Shown piece after piece: positions 53,413 to 63,059 of a stretch of 64,000 bases of DNA (position 1 is the stretch's first letter; the number at the start of each line of letters is the position of its first letter). The DNA comes from Chloroflexota bacterium (lineage in GTDB: Bacteria; Chloroflexota; Anaerolineae; Anaerolineales; UBA11579), in contig QWJF01000001.1 in assembly GCA_009391835.1 (NCBI GenBank), positions 2,726 to 66,725 on the forward strand, written 5' to 3'. The position numbers and the translations under genes were made by a program. Below the pieces are notes generated by a model. The model was given only the letters and a program-made list of their open reading frames with translations, ran no database searches and was not told the origin of the DNA.

Positions 53413-55104
53413 CTATTCCTTACCGCGACGGCCGTTGTCCTCGTTGATCGAGACCCAGGCGGCCATTTCGCCGATCTCAAAGTGCTCGTCCTCGGTCCAT
53501 TGGCGCAGCGATGGGTAGCCGCGATCAAAGTGGGAACTGGAGTCGCCAGTGAGCTGTTCTTTTAGCATCTCGCGGATGCCCTGGATGCGGGTTTGCCAGC
53601 GCTTCATATTCTCGGGAGTGAGGTCCACCCAGCCGCCATGCGCGTTCTCGGATTTGATCACCGGACCGCGCAGCATGCGCTTGCCATCCGGGAGCAGAAT
53701 AGGCAGGCCGACGGAGATGATTTGGCGGCGAAGCTTGCCATTGTTGGTGAGCAGCTTCATGATCTTGCCGGCCATCTGGTCGGGCTTGTCTTTGAGGGGT
53801 TTATCCAGCGTTTCGTAGACTTGCTTGAGGAGGAAAGCTTCGTAGAGCAACTTGGACATGCGCGGCGGGCCGAGAATTTCAAAGGCCACTGATTCGCCGT
53901 GGCGATCACTGAGTTGCTTCAGCCGGCTCAATGCAGCTTCGCGCAGGGTGCCGGCGCGGAAGGTGGGGCCCATGACGGCGCCATCCAGAGCGCTGATAAT
54001 GTCTTTGCCCGTGTTGCCCCCGAGAATCTCATCAACCACGTTGCGGGCGATCTCTTCGGGCGTGACAAATTCCATCTGTCCGAGAGCGGTAATCGCGGCA
54101 AAATCACCGGCGGCGAAAAGGCCGTTTTCGCCCGTGTTAATGTAGACCGCTTCAAGCACCTTGCCGGTGCGCTTGCCGAACTCGCCCTGAGGAGCCAGGC
54201 TGCCTGCTTCTTTGATGTAGACAGCGTCTTCAGGACTGCAATCGTACAATTCAAAATCTTTGCCGTTGCGGCGGATTGGCCCGTAGCCGATTTCTTTCCA
54301 GGCGATAAGGGCGCTGGGCTTTATCTCCTTGACGATCTTGGGGCCGCCGGGTGTGCGCGCCATAAGGAAAGTGAGCAAAGTCTGCGCGCCAGCCAGGGCC
54401 GCCTTGGACATCAATACGCGCGAGGGCTTTTCCTCCCCGTGGGTGTAGGGAATGTTGAGGCCCATACCACCCGTTCCGCTGGTGCCTACCTTGATGTAGG
54501 CCTGCGTGCCGGCGCGTTGCAGCGCCTCGTGAAGGATCTGAATATGGCGAACAAGCTGGGGGATGTATAAGGATGCCAGCAGGTTTTCAACTTCTTCCTG
54601 CCAAGGAGTTTCCTTGTTGCCCTCGGCAATCAAGCCGCGCATCTTGTTGGCCGAGGCAAAAACGTTTTGATAGGCAACGGCGGTGGAGGTGTTGATGCAA
54701 TCAATCACGATATCAGCTGCAGGGCTCTTGAAGCTTTTGGCTTTGCCCAGGATGAGCTGGCTAAGCAGGGACGAGGTGAGGATATCTTCGTCCATCTCAC
54801 CAATTACGTCAGCGAGAAGGCGCTGGCGTTTTTCCGGGTCTGCAAGCACGCCGGGGCGCGGGAAGCCATTTTCGTCGTTTTGCCATTCGGCGCGCAGGAA
54901 GATATCTCCCCACACGGGGATGAACTTGGTTTTGCTTTTGGGGAACGCGGATTTGAGGTTAGCAACAGCCTGTTCGGCCTCGCCTTTGTGGAGCGAGGCA
55001 ACGATGAGGCTTGCCGGATCATGGGCCATCATTGTGCGACAAACGGCGCTGCCCACCAAGCCAAATCCGCCCAGCACCAAGGCATTTTTCCCGCGTATAT
55101 CCAT
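53413..55104 (-). CDS. Large uncharacterised protein with N-terminal NAD(P)-binding Rossmann motif
   Basis: KNALVLGGFGLVGSAV (GxGxxG) at the N-terminus. I do not recognise the remaining ~480 aa. Confidence 0.45.
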   Translation of the reverse strand: MDIRGKNALVLGGFGLVGSAVCRTMMAHDPASLIVASLHKGEAEQAVANLKSAFPKSKTKFIPVWGDIFLRAEWQNDENGFPRPGVLADPEKRQRLLADVIGEMDEDILTSSLLSQLILGKAKSFKSPAADIVIDCINTSTAVAYQNVFASANKMRGLIAEGNKETPWQEEVENLLASLYIPQLVRHIQILHEALQRAGTQAYIKVGTSGTGGMGLNIPYTHGEEKPSRVLMSKAALAGAQTLLTFLMARTPGGPKIVKEIKPSALIAWKEIGYGPIRRNGKDFELYDCSPEDAVYIKEAGSLAPQGEFGKRTGKVLEAVYINTGENGLFAAGDFAAITALGQMEFVTPEEIARNVVDEILGGNTGKDIISALDGAVMGPTFRAGTLREAALSRLKQLSDRHGESVAFEILGPPRMSKLLYEAFLLKQVYETLDKPLKDKPDQMAGKIMKLLTNNGKLRRQIISVGLPILLPDGKRMLRGPVIKSENAHGGWVDLTPENMKRWQTRIQGIREMLKEQLTGDSSSHFDRGYPSLRQWTEDEHFEIGEMAAWVSINEDNGRRGKE

Positions 55105-55180
55105 TCACACTCTCCATCTCAGGGGTTTTCTTTGCAAGAGAGCTAAGCATACCGCAATCGGCTGGGGCTAGCAATCCGAC

Positions 55181-55212
55181 AAAAAACGCCCGGATCACTC
55201 CGGGCGTTTTTT
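55181..55212. terminator. Bidirectional rho-independent terminator
   Basis: AAAAAACGCCCGGA-TCAC-TCCGGGCGTTTTTT. Confidence 0.85.
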
Positions 55213-55214
55213 GA

Positions 55215-56201
55215 TTAGCTTGCACTGAGGCTGGCGCGCCGCCAGGGTGGGGTGCGCCCTGGAAAAAAGAGACGGAAGGTCTTGGCGATCAGATCAATGC
55301 TTGCGACGACAAGCACCACCCAGATGGAGCCCCTGGCAATCATATCTACGATGGGAAGATCGAGGATCGTGGCTTCCGTGATGATGCGGTAGAGCAGATA
55401 GATGCTCGCTGCAGAGAGGACGACCTCACCAGCGCGCGTCCAGGTTTGCCAGTGGCTGCGTACGAGTACGATGGTCTTGAGGGCCAGTTCGCTTGCCCAT
55501 AGAATGCTAAGCAAGGGCACAAAGGTTTTGAAATCGTCGGAGATACGCGTGAGGAAGGTGGGTTGGCCAACGTGGATCACAGGGATGCCGATGTTGTCCA
55601 GAAAGGCGTTGAAGACGACGAGGGCCGCGGCGGTGAAGAAGACCTCAACGATCATTTCACCGCGCTTGATGCGCTCGGGGTCTTTGACTGCGGGAAGCTT
55701 GAGCGGATCCCACTCCTTTTCCTCAGCGAGATCCTTTTCAAGGACGCTGGTGCGTTCCAAGGCGAAAAAGACAGCGGTGATGATACCCAGCGTGTAGAGC
55801 AGAGTGTGGCTGTAGCTTTCAAAGAAGCTTATGATCTGCTGCCAGATGCTGCCGCCCTGGATGCCACCGATCAATATGCCGAGAGCATAAAGAGCAGTCA
55901 TAAGGCCCCAGACAATCTTCACAACCGACGTGTAGATTGGGAAGAGTTGAGGGCCAATCAGGTAGCGCGAGGGGCGGTAGGAGGTGGCAATCTTTTCAGG
56001 ATGGCCAAATTCTTTGAGGCGGGCGGCGATCTTCTGCTCGTCGGCCTTCTTGTCGGGGTCGAGGCCGTGCTCTTCGAGCATGTCGTGCAGGGCGGAGCGA
56101 AGCTCCATCTGCACATCGTCGCGGCCGGCTCGCGGCAAGTGGTTGCCCACCTCGAATACATATCGGTCAATTAAATTGTTTTCACTCATTCTTTTCTCCA
56201 T
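55215..56201 (-). CDS. PadR-associated membrane protein (DUF1700/HAAS-like N-terminal helix + multi-TM region)
   Basis: N-terminus LIDRYVFEVGNHLPRAGRDDVQMELRSALHDMLEE, followed by hydrophobic helices. It lies immediately downstream of PadR. Confidence 0.5.
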   Translation of the reverse strand: MEKRMSENNLIDRYVFEVGNHLPRAGRDDVQMELRSALHDMLEEHGLDPDKKADEQKIAARLKEFGHPEKIATSYRPSRYLIGPQLFPIYTSVVKIVWGLMTALYALGILIGGIQGGSIWQQIISFFESYSHTLLYTLGIITAVFFALERTSVLEKDLAEEKEWDPLKLPAVKDPERIKRGEMIVEVFFTAAALVVFNAFLDNIGIPVIHVGQPTFLTRISDDFKTFVPLLSILWASELALKTIVLVRSHWQTWTRAGEVVLSAASIYLLYRIITEATILDLPIVDMIARGSIWVVLVVASIDLIAKTFRLFFPGRTPPWRRASLSAS

Positions 56202-56204
56202 TAG

Positions 56205-56555
56205 TTATAAGATGTCGTTGATGGCCTTGGAAATGCTTTGCCATTCGTCGCCCAAATCCTTGAGCGCCTTTTGGCCAAGATCGCTGATGCGGTAGTAGCG
56301 GCGGGGGCGCGCCTCGTCGATAACGCGCCATTCGCTATCTAGAAACCCCTGCGATTCAAGGCGGCGCAGTAGCGGATAGAGGGTGCCCTCATTGATGTCT
56401 AAGCCGGCATCAGCCAGGTCCTGCTTCAGGAAATAGCCATAGGCTTCCTGCTGCAGGCGACTGAGCACAGCGAGGACCAACGCACCGCGCCGCAGCTCCA
56501 TGCGCAGGTTTTCAGCCAATTCGGGGTAATCATTTTTTGTTACTATGTCCGACAC
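56205..56555 (-). CDS. PadR family transcriptional regulator
   Basis: VLAVLSRLQQEAYGYFL...EGTLYPLLRRLESQGFL...RRYYRISDLG. Confidence 0.85.
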   Translation of the reverse strand: MSDIVTKNDYPELAENLRMELRRGALVLAVLSRLQQEAYGYFLKQDLADAGLDINEGTLYPLLRRLESQGFLDSEWRVIDEARPRRYYRISDLGQKALKDLGDEWQSISKAINDIL

Positions 56556-56664
56556 TATACCATGTGCTACACAGTAATGTCAAGGGAAAGTAAATTCGCG
56601 TTGTATCGCCCAGTCGGGACGGAGAGTAGAATAATCGAATGCCAACACTGGAAGCCGCGCGCTG

Positions 56665-58113
56665 ATGTTTCCGCGCATTCCGTCTTACCTCCCAACCACG
56701 CTTCCGGATCTGCTTACAACAGTCCGGGTGCGACTACTGTTCCTGTGGCGCAGGTTGCTGCCGCCGCCGGACCGCGAGCGCCGCGCCGAAGTGCAACTGC
56801 AATTGCGGGATGCCTCCGAGCCGGATTTTGATTACTTTGTGATGGTGCTGCTCTCGTGTACGATTGCAACCCTTGGGCTGCTGATCGACTCAGCGGCAAC
56901 CATCATTGGGGCGATGCTGGTGGCGCCGCTGATGTCGCCGATTTTGGGTTTGGGACTGGCATCGATTCGGGGGGATACGATCCTGCTGCGCAATGCGGCG
57001 GCGGCTCTGATTCGAGGGGCGCTGCTGGCAGTGGCGCTATCGGTAGTGATCACCTGGGTCAATTCCAAGCTACCCTTCATCAGTTTGCAGGAGCTGCCGC
57101 TTGAAATCGTGGCGCGCACGCGGCCCAGCCCGATTGATCTGGGAGTGGCGGTGGCGGGTGGGCTGGCGGCAACGTTTGCGCTCGTGCAACCCAATCTTTC
57201 GGCAGCGCTGCCCGGCGTGGCGATTGCCACGGCCTTGATGCCACCGCTGTGTACGATCGGAATTGGGCTGGCGTTGGGCGATTGGGAGGTAGCTTCAGGG
57301 GCGACGCTGCTCTTTATCACCAACGCAGTGACCATCGCCGCCTCGGCGATTGCGCTGTTCTTTGCGATGGGGTTTAGCCCGCGGCGTAAAGAAGGCGAAG
57401 GGCTGCTGCCGCACAGCCTAGTGATTTCTGCGATCCTGACCGCGGTCCTGCTGGCCCCGCTAGGCTACCAGAGCTATCAGTTTGTGCAGCAAGCGCAGCG
57501 CAGCGCGCTGATTAACGACGTGCTGCGCGAGGAAGTGGCCAAAATTGCAGACGTGGAACTGGTGAGCGTGAGTTCGAATCAGGTGGGGGACACGCTGGAG
57601 ATCGAAATGACGGTACGTACGATCGAGCCGCTAAACTACCAAGACAGCGTGGCGCTGCGCGAGGCAATTGACGTTCAGTTGCAGCAGCCGGTGCAGCTGC
57701 GTATTAATCAGGTATTCGCCGCGCGGTTGGACCCGCGCATCCCGCCCACCCAAACGCCGACGCCGCAGCTCTCGATCACGCCCACGCTGACGCCAACCAG
57801 CACGGCAACGTCCGCCCCTACACTGACCGCCAGCTCGACGGCTACGGCCTCCCCAACACCTACACCTGCGCTGGCAGTGCTCTCGAATACATATGGGCAG
57901 GCCAGCATCAGCCTGCGGCAATCGCCCGGAGGGCCAACGATTGGCTACCTGAGCCGGGGGGCCATCTTGACGGTGCTTTACGGCTATGAGATTGTGGATG
58001 GTTGGGTGTGGATCGAAGTGCAGGATGCGGGCGGGCGGATCGGTTGGATCCCGCAGTTTTACACAGAACTGCTGGTGGCGCCCGCTACCGCCACGGCAAC
58101 AGTTGCCCAATGA
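56665..58113 (+). CDS. DUF389 (TIGR00341-like) membrane protein with T/P-rich linker and C-terminal SH3b-like domain
   Basis: FVMVLLSCTIATLGLL...GAMLVAPLMSPILG is DUF389-like. TPTPQLSITPTLTPTSTATS linker. C-terminal ...GWVWIEVQDAGGRIGWI. Confidence 0.6.
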   Translation: MFPRIPSYLPTTLPDLLTTVRVRLLFLWRRLLPPPDRERRAEVQLQLRDASEPDFDYFVMVLLSCTIATLGLLIDSAATIIGAMLVAPLMSPILGLGLASIRGDTILLRNAAAALIRGALLAVALSVVITWVNSKLPFISLQELPLEIVARTRPSPIDLGVAVAGGLAATFALVQPNLSAALPGVAIATALMPPLCTIGIGLALGDWEVASGATLLFITNAVTIAASAIALFFAMGFSPRRKEGEGLLPHSLVISAILTAVLLAPLGYQSYQFVQQAQRSALINDVLREEVAKIADVELVSVSSNQVGDTLEIEMTVRTIEPLNYQDSVALREAIDVQLQQPVQLRINQVFAARLDPRIPPTQTPTPQLSITPTLTPTSTATSAPTLTASSTATASPTPTPALAVLSNTYGQASISLRQSPGGPTIGYLSRGAILTVLYGYEIVDGWVWIEVQDAGGRIGWIPQFYTELLVAPATATATVAQ

Positions 58114-58302
58114 ATTAGAGAACCAAATCAGGTCGCATATTCCTGCTTTCGCTCCACCCCTTCTGAATGACGATTAATTTCGGGTTTGGAGCGTTTATCT
58201 GAGTCCAACAACTTTCTAACGCTTTTCTAGCACTTGCCATAGGGGCCTTCCTATATAATCGCACTATTACTCCTGCGCGAGTAACGAAGGCAGGTAATAG
58301 CT

Positions 58303-60783
58303 ATGATGCGATTTGATCGTTTTACAGAACGTGCCCAGGAGGCCGCGCAGCGCGCAGCCGAGATTATTCAACGTTACGGGCACAACCAAATAGATACAGA
58401 ACATATTTTGCTGGCGTTGATCGAACAGCCTGAGGGCGTGATCGGCCAGTTGCTTGAGATTCTCAAGGTGGATGCCGACAACCTCAAGGAGCGGCTCGAT
58501 TACATCCTGCGCACCAGCCCGAAAGCGAACATCTTCGGCGGCGGCGCGGGACAGATCTTTATTACCCCGCGGGTCAAACGAATCATTGACCTGGCGAATG
58601 AAGAAGCCAACCGGCTCAAAGACGAATACATTTCCACCGAGCACATTTTCCTGGCGATCCTGAGCGAGCGCAGTACTCCTGCAGCGCGCCTCCTGGACGG
58701 CGCGGGCATTACCCGCGAGCGGGTATATGACTCTGTGCAGCAATTGCGCGGCGGCCAGCGTGTCACCGACCCACAAGCTGAGACGCGTTACCGTACGCTC
58801 GAAAAATACTCTCGAGACCTTACCCAAATGGCGCGCGAGGGCAAGCTGGACCCGGTGATCGGACGCGACACGGAAATTTTGCGGGTCATCCAATTGCTGT
58901 CACGGCGCACCAAGAACAACCCGGTGTTGATCGGTGAGGCGGGCGTAGGGAAAACCGCGATCGTGGAGGGCTTGGCCCAAAAGATCGCTACCAACGACAT
59001 CCCTGAAATCCTTAGTGGGAAGAAAGTGATATCGCTGGATCTGGGCGCCATGATCGCTGGCTCGCGTTTCCGCGGCGAATTTGAAGAGCGGCTCAAGGCC
59101 GCGCTGGAAGAAATCGAGCGCGCTGAGGGCGAGATCATCCTCTTTATTGACGAGCTGCATACCGTGGTGGGGGCCGGCGCGGCGCAGGGCGCGATGGACG
59201 CTTCAAACATGCTGAAGCCGGCGTTGTCACGCGGTGAACTGCACGCCATCGGTGCCACCACGTTGGACGAATACCACAAGCATATTGAGAAGGACGCGGC
59301 TTTGGAACGACGTTTCGCGCCCGTGTACGTGGAAGAGCCCAACGTGGAAGATTCGATCCAGATGCTTTTCGGGCTGCGCGACCGCTACGAAGCGCACCAC
59401 AATGTGAGCTTCTCGGATGAGTCGCTGGTTGAAGCCGTGAAGCTTTCCCACCGTTATGTGACCGACCGGCACTTGCCGGATAAGGCGATTGACCTGATGG
59501 ACGAAGCGGCTGCCAAACTGCGCGTGGCACTCTATTCGCTGCCGGACGATTTAAAAGTAATGAAAACCGAATTGGATCGACTGCAAGCCGAAGAAGAGCA
59601 GGCCGGCATTGAACGCAATTACGAGCGGGCGGCCGAGAAGAAATCGGAGCGTCTGCGCTTGAAAGAAGAATTCGACGAGAAGCGCGCCAAATGGGAAGGC
59701 GAGCACGAGCTGGATGAAGTAGTGGATGTGAACGACATTGCAGAAGTCATCGCGATGTGGACCGGTATCCCAGTAAGCCAGATGATGGAAACAGAGGCCG
59801 AAAAGCTCCTGCAGATGGAAGACCGGCTGCACGAGCGCCTGGTTGGCCAGGATGAGGCCATCGCGGCGATCTCCGACGCCATCCGTCGAGCGCGCTCGGG
59901 TTTGAAAGATCCGAAACGGCCGATTGGATCCTTTGTATTTATCGGGCCCTCAGGCGTGGGCAAGACTGAGCTGGCCAAAGCGCTGGCAGAGTTCATGTTC
60001 GACGATGAGGATGCGCTGGTGCGCATTGATATGTCCGAGTATCGCGAGCAGCACACGACGGCGCGGCTGTTTGGCGCCCCTCCGGGATACGTGGGCTATG
60101 AGGAAGGTGGCCAGCTTACCGAGGCTGTGCGCCGCCGTCCTTACCGCGTGATCCTGTTCGACGAGATCGAAAAGGCGCATCCTGATGTTTGGAACGCCCT
60201 GCTGCAAATCCTGGACGATGGCCGCCTGACCGATGGCCAGGGCCGCACCGTGGATTTCCGCAATACAGTGCTGATCATGACTAGCAACCTGGGCACGGAG
60301 TTTGTGCGCAAATCTGGCTCCCTGGGCTTTTTGGTGGACAAGGGCGACGACGAGGACCGTGCCGCGCACCAGAAGATCGAAAAAGCGCTCAAGGATACCT
60401 TCCGGCCGGAATTCCTCAACCGCATTGACGAGATCATTACCTTCTCGCCGCTTTCGGTAGACGACATGAAAGAAATCGTGGACCTGCAGATGCAGGAAGT
60501 TTCCGACCGAGTCTCCGAGCAGGGCCTGACGGTGGAATTGACCCCGGCGGCGCGCTCTTGGCTGGCAGAAGAGGGTTACGATGCGGCCTTTGGAGCACGA
60601 CCATTGAAACGGGCCTTGCAGAAACACGTGGAAAGCCCGCTTTCTAAGCAGTTGCTTGCCGGCGATTTCAAAGACGGGAATACCGTGATCGTGGATGTGG
60701 ATGAAGCCGGCGAGAATATCGTTTTCAAGAGCGGGAAATCATCCCCAGTGAAAACAGACAAGAATGCCGAGGTAGATGCGTAA
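58303..60783 (+). CDS. clpC: Clp/Hsp100 class I AAA+ chaperone, ClpC-type (two NBDs, short UVR-like middle domain)
   Basis: Clp_N repeats, [18 protein letters not shown] and a short M-domain (...[23 protein letters not shown]...). 826 aa. Confidence 0.85.
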   Translation: MMRFDRFTERAQEAAQRAAEIIQRYGHNQIDTEHILLALIEQPEGVIGQLLEILKVDADNLKERLDYILRTSPKANIFGGGAGQIFITPRVKRIIDLANEEANRLKDEYISTEHIFLAILSERSTPAARLLDGAGITRERVYDSVQQLRGGQRVTDPQAETRYRTLEKYSRDLTQMAREGKLDPVIGRDTEILRVIQLLSRRTKNNPVLIGEAGVGKTAIVEGLAQKIATNDIPEILSGKKVISLDLGAMIAGSRFRGEFEERLKAALEEIERAEGEIILFIDELHTVVGAGAAQGAMDASNMLKPALSRGELHAIGATTLDEYHKHIEKDAALERRFAPVYVEEPNVEDSIQMLFGLRDRYEAHHNVSFSDESLVEAVKLSHRYVTDRHLPDKAIDLMDEAAAKLRVALYSLPDDLKVMKTELDRLQAEEEQAGIERNYERAAEKKSERLRLKEEFDEKRAKWEGEHELDEVVDVNDIAEVIAMWTGIPVSQMMETEAEKLLQMEDRLHERLVGQDEAIAAISDAIRRARSGLKDPKRPIGSFVFIGPSGVGKTELAKALAEFMFDDEDALVRIDMSEYREQHTTARLFGAPPGYVGYEEGGQLTEAVRRRPYRVILFDEIEKAHPDVWNALLQILDDGRLTDGQGRTVDFRNTVLIMTSNLGTEFVRKSGSLGFLVDKGDDEDRAAHQKIEKALKDTFRPEFLNRIDEIITFSPLSVDDMKEIVDLQMQEVSDRVSEQGLTVELTPAARSWLAEEGYDAAFGARPLKRALQKHVESPLSKQLLAGDFKDGNTVIVDVDEAGENIVFKSGKSSPVKTDKNAEVDA

Positions 60784-60806
60784 GCTTCTACTCGAAATCG
60801 ATAGAG

Positions 60807-60835
60807 AAAGCGCCCGATCCAATCGGGCGCTTTTT
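60807..60835. terminator. Rho-independent terminator between clpC and the convergent VWA gene
   Basis: AAAGCGCCCGAT-CCAA-TCGGGCGCTTTTT. Confidence 0.85.
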
Positions 60836-60887
60836 GATTCTTTCGCCCTTGCACTGCATACTGCGCAACTATGTATGCAGCGCGAGT

Positions 60888-61868
60888 TCAGCCGCGGTCG
60901 ATTTCGGCCTTGACGGCACGGTAGAGATTTTCGGCTTTGAGTTCCTGGAGGGTATAGCAGGGAGCTTTGAGGTGCTCAGCGAGAGCGTTGGCGAGGCCCT
61001 GATCAAAGGCGGCGTGCTCCATGTTGATCACCACGCTGCGAATTTCCTGGTCGGCAATCTGGTCGGCAAGCAGGTGGGCCTCTTCCTGGGGGGCGACATC
61101 ATTAATGGCAACATTGCCAGCGCCGTCGGTCAGCAGGATCATGAGCGGCATTACTTCGGGGTGCAAACGTTTCTCGCGGCCGATGACTTCGTTGGCAAGG
61201 AATAAACCAGCCGAGAGCGGGGTCTTGCCCCCCACAGGGATATCCCCCAGGGCGCGCTGGGCGAGTTGTACGGAATTGGTGGGAGACAAAATGAGGTTGG
61301 CGCGATCCTTTTGGAAGACGACCAGGCCCACGCGATCGCGGCGCTGGTAGGCATCGGTGAGCAAAGAGAGGATGGCGCCCTTGGTGGCGGCCATGCGCTC
61401 CGCCACGGCCATGGACCAGGAGGCATCCACCACGAAAAGCACCAGATTGGCGGCGCGGCGGACGCGCACCTTGCGCTGGAGATCCTGCTTTTCGATGGCG
61501 AAGGCGACATCTTTGCGTTGCTCAGCGCGGTTCACCTGATGGGGCGCGGCGGCGCGTAGGGTGGCGTCGAAGGCGATATCGCGATCCTGAGCGCGGGCGG
61601 GCCGAGCCTGGATATAGCGGCCGCGTTTGCGATCCGTGCGGGTGCGCGAGCGCCGGCCGCTCTGCCGGCGGGTGATCTTATCGAGCGGATTATCAATTTT
61701 GCGGGGAGCGAATTCTTCGGTGGGGTTGACCTGCTGGCCGCCATCCCACCAACGGGCATCACCGGATTCAAAGACTTCTTGCGGGCTTGGCTCTACCGGC
61801 CCATTCTGTTCCTGCGTCTCACTGATGCGCGGATTTAGGTCGTCTTTTTTTTTACGGGCTCCGGCTCG
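60888..61868 (-). CDS. ChlD/BchD-type linker + VWA (integrin-I-like) domain ORF; frame open from 61868, with no ATG/GTG/TTG before the GTG at 61535
   Basis: VWA MIDAS motif VVDASWSM. The ChlD-type motif FDATLRAAAPHQ is encoded at 61536-61571, upstream of the first canonical start. The frame is bounded by TGA at 61869-61871. Confidence 0.75.
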   Translation of the reverse strand, partial: RAGARKKKDDLNPRISETQEQNGPVEPSPQEVFESGDARWWDGGQQVNPTEEFAPRKIDNPLDKITRRQSGRRSRTRTDRKRGRYIQARPARAQDRDIAFDATLRAAAPHQVNRAEQRKDVAFAIEKQDLQRKVRVRRAANLVLFVVDASWSMAVAERMAATKGAILSLLTDAYQRRDRVGLVVFQKDRANLILSPTNSVQLAQRALGDIPVGGKTPLSAGLFLANEVIGREKRLHPEVMPLMILLTDGAGNVAINDVAPQEEAHLLADQIADQEIRSVVINMEHAAFDQGLANALAEHLKAPCYTLQELKAENLYRAVKAEIDRG

Positions 61869-62941
61869 TCACCGGCTTCGGGGCTGGGCTCGGCTTCGCC
61901 CTGGGTGGCGGCCTGGCCCTGGAGTTCGGAAATGCGCTCCTCGAGTTCAGTGACCGTGACCTCAGCCTGGTTGAAAGGGCCGCGCTTGATGCGGTGGGCG
62001 AGGGCCAGTTCTGCGGCGATGGCAATATCCAGATCGCTAATTTGCTTGCGGCCATCGAAAGCTGCCTGGGCGCGCGCCGCCTTAAGGATGACCAGATCGC
62101 CGCGATGGCCGTCCACGTGCAGGGACGAGGTAAGCGCGGCTATGGAAATGAGATCGCGTGAGGTGTAGCTGATTTTCTCGATGAGTTCCCGGGCGGCCAT
62201 GATCTTCTCGGCCAGTTCCTCTTCTTTGGGGAACCACTCCTTATAAAAGGCTTCTGCGTCGGCTTCAAAGGCCAAATTGCGCTCCATGATCTGGACGCGT
62301 TGGCGCGAATCGCGGATGCCGCGAATTTCCACAGCGAGCGCGAAGCGATCGAGAAGCTGCGGGCGAAGGTCGCCCTCTTCGGGGTTCATGGTGCCGATAA
62401 GAATGAAGCGGGCGGGGTGGGTGAAGGAAATGCCCTCCCGTTCGACAATGTTAATGCCCATCGCGGCGGAATCGAGCAGGAGGTCTACGACGTGATCGTC
62501 GAGGAGATTGACCTCGTCAATGTAGAGCAGGCCTCGGTTGGCGCCAGCGAGGACGCCGGGATCAAAATGGCGTTCTCCCTTTTTGATGGCGCGTTCGATA
62601 TCCAGGGTGCCGACCACGCGATCTTCGGTGGCGCTGACGGGGAGATCGACAAAGCTGATCTTGCGCTTGGCAATATCCAGCTTGCCATTTGCTGCTTGCC
62701 GCTCACGGACCCAATCGGACCAGGTCTCGGGGGCGTTCGGGTCGTCGTTGAAGGGCGATTCAGCGAAAACTTCAATCTCGGGGAGCAGGGCTGCTAGGGC
62801 GCGGGCGGCTGTGGATTTGGCAGTGCCGCGCTCGCCGCGGATGAGCACCCCGCCGATGCGCTGATCGATGGCGTTAAGGGTCAGCGCCCGCTTCATGCGT
62901 TCCTGCCCAACGATGGCTGTAAAGGGATAAATGGCCTGCAT
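61835..62941 (-). CDS. ChlI/BchI-type AAA+ ATPase (Mg-chelatase I-subunit family)
   Basis: YPFTAIVGQERMKRAL...VLIRGERGTAKST...YIDEVNLL...ARFILIGTMNPEEG... Confidence 0.88.
   Translation of the reverse strand: MQAIYPFTAIVGQERMKRALTLNAIDQRIGGVLIRGERGTAKSTAARALAALLPEIEVFAESPFNDDPNAPETWSDWVRERQAANGKLDIAKRKISFVDLPVSATEDRVVGTLDIERAIKKGERHFDPGVLAGANRGLLYIDEVNLLDDHVVDLLLDSAAMGINIVEREGISFTHPARFILIGTMNPEEGDLRPQLLDRFALAVEIRGIRDSRQRVQIMERNLAFEADAEAFYKEWFPKEEELAEKIMAARELIEKISYTSRDLISIAALTSSLHVDGHRGDLVILKAARAQAAFDGRKQISDLDIAIAAELALAHRIKRGPFNQAEVTVTELEERISELQGQAATQGEAEPSPEAGDEPEPVKKKTT
61845..61853 (-). other. A9 homopolymer containing the -1 slippery heptamer A_AAA_AAG at the end of the ChlI-like ORF
   Basis: mRNA sense reads GAG CCC GUA AAA AAA AAG ACG ACC UAA. 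The -1 frame reads CGU AAA AAA AAA GAC GAC CUA... and continues into the VWA ORF. Confidence 0.6.
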
Positions 62942-62996
62942 TAGAAATCGATTATGTATGAATTTTCTCGAACGAGGGGCAATCTTATCACATAGG

Positions 62997-63025
62997 TTGT
63001 CAAGTGCCTCCTAAGACCTTATAAT
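62997..63025 (+). promoter_or_regulatory. Putative sigma70-type promoter of rpsA (TTGTCA-17-TATAAT)
   Basis: -35 TTGTCA at 62997-63002, a 17-nt spacer, and -10 TATAAT at 63020-63025. It lies about 35 nt upstream of the GGAG SD and ATG. Confidence 0.55.
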
Positions 63026-63059
63026 ACACGCCATCTTATTGACTGGAGTTACAAACTAT

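Noticed and set aside
58234-58259. A sigma70-like promoter TTGCCA ... TATAAT upstream of clpC.
   Set aside because: The spacer between the hexamers is only 14 nt, too short for a canonical promoter. It is therefore not reported as a feature.
61532-61771. The 79-aa ORF listed in the gap between the ChlI and VWA genes.
   Set aside because: It is a Pro/Ala/Arg-rich translation in the wrong frame. The neighbouring frame encodes the conserved ChlD motif FDATLRAAAPHQ and is continuous with the VWA ORF.
60888-62941. ChlI/ChlD-like genes as evidence for (bacterio)chlorophyll synthesis or phototrophy.
   Set aside because: There is no H subunit (BchH/ChlH/CobN) or any other pigment-pathway gene nearby. 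I/D-like AAA+/VWA pairs also occur in non-phototrophs, for example as cobalt chelatase helpers.
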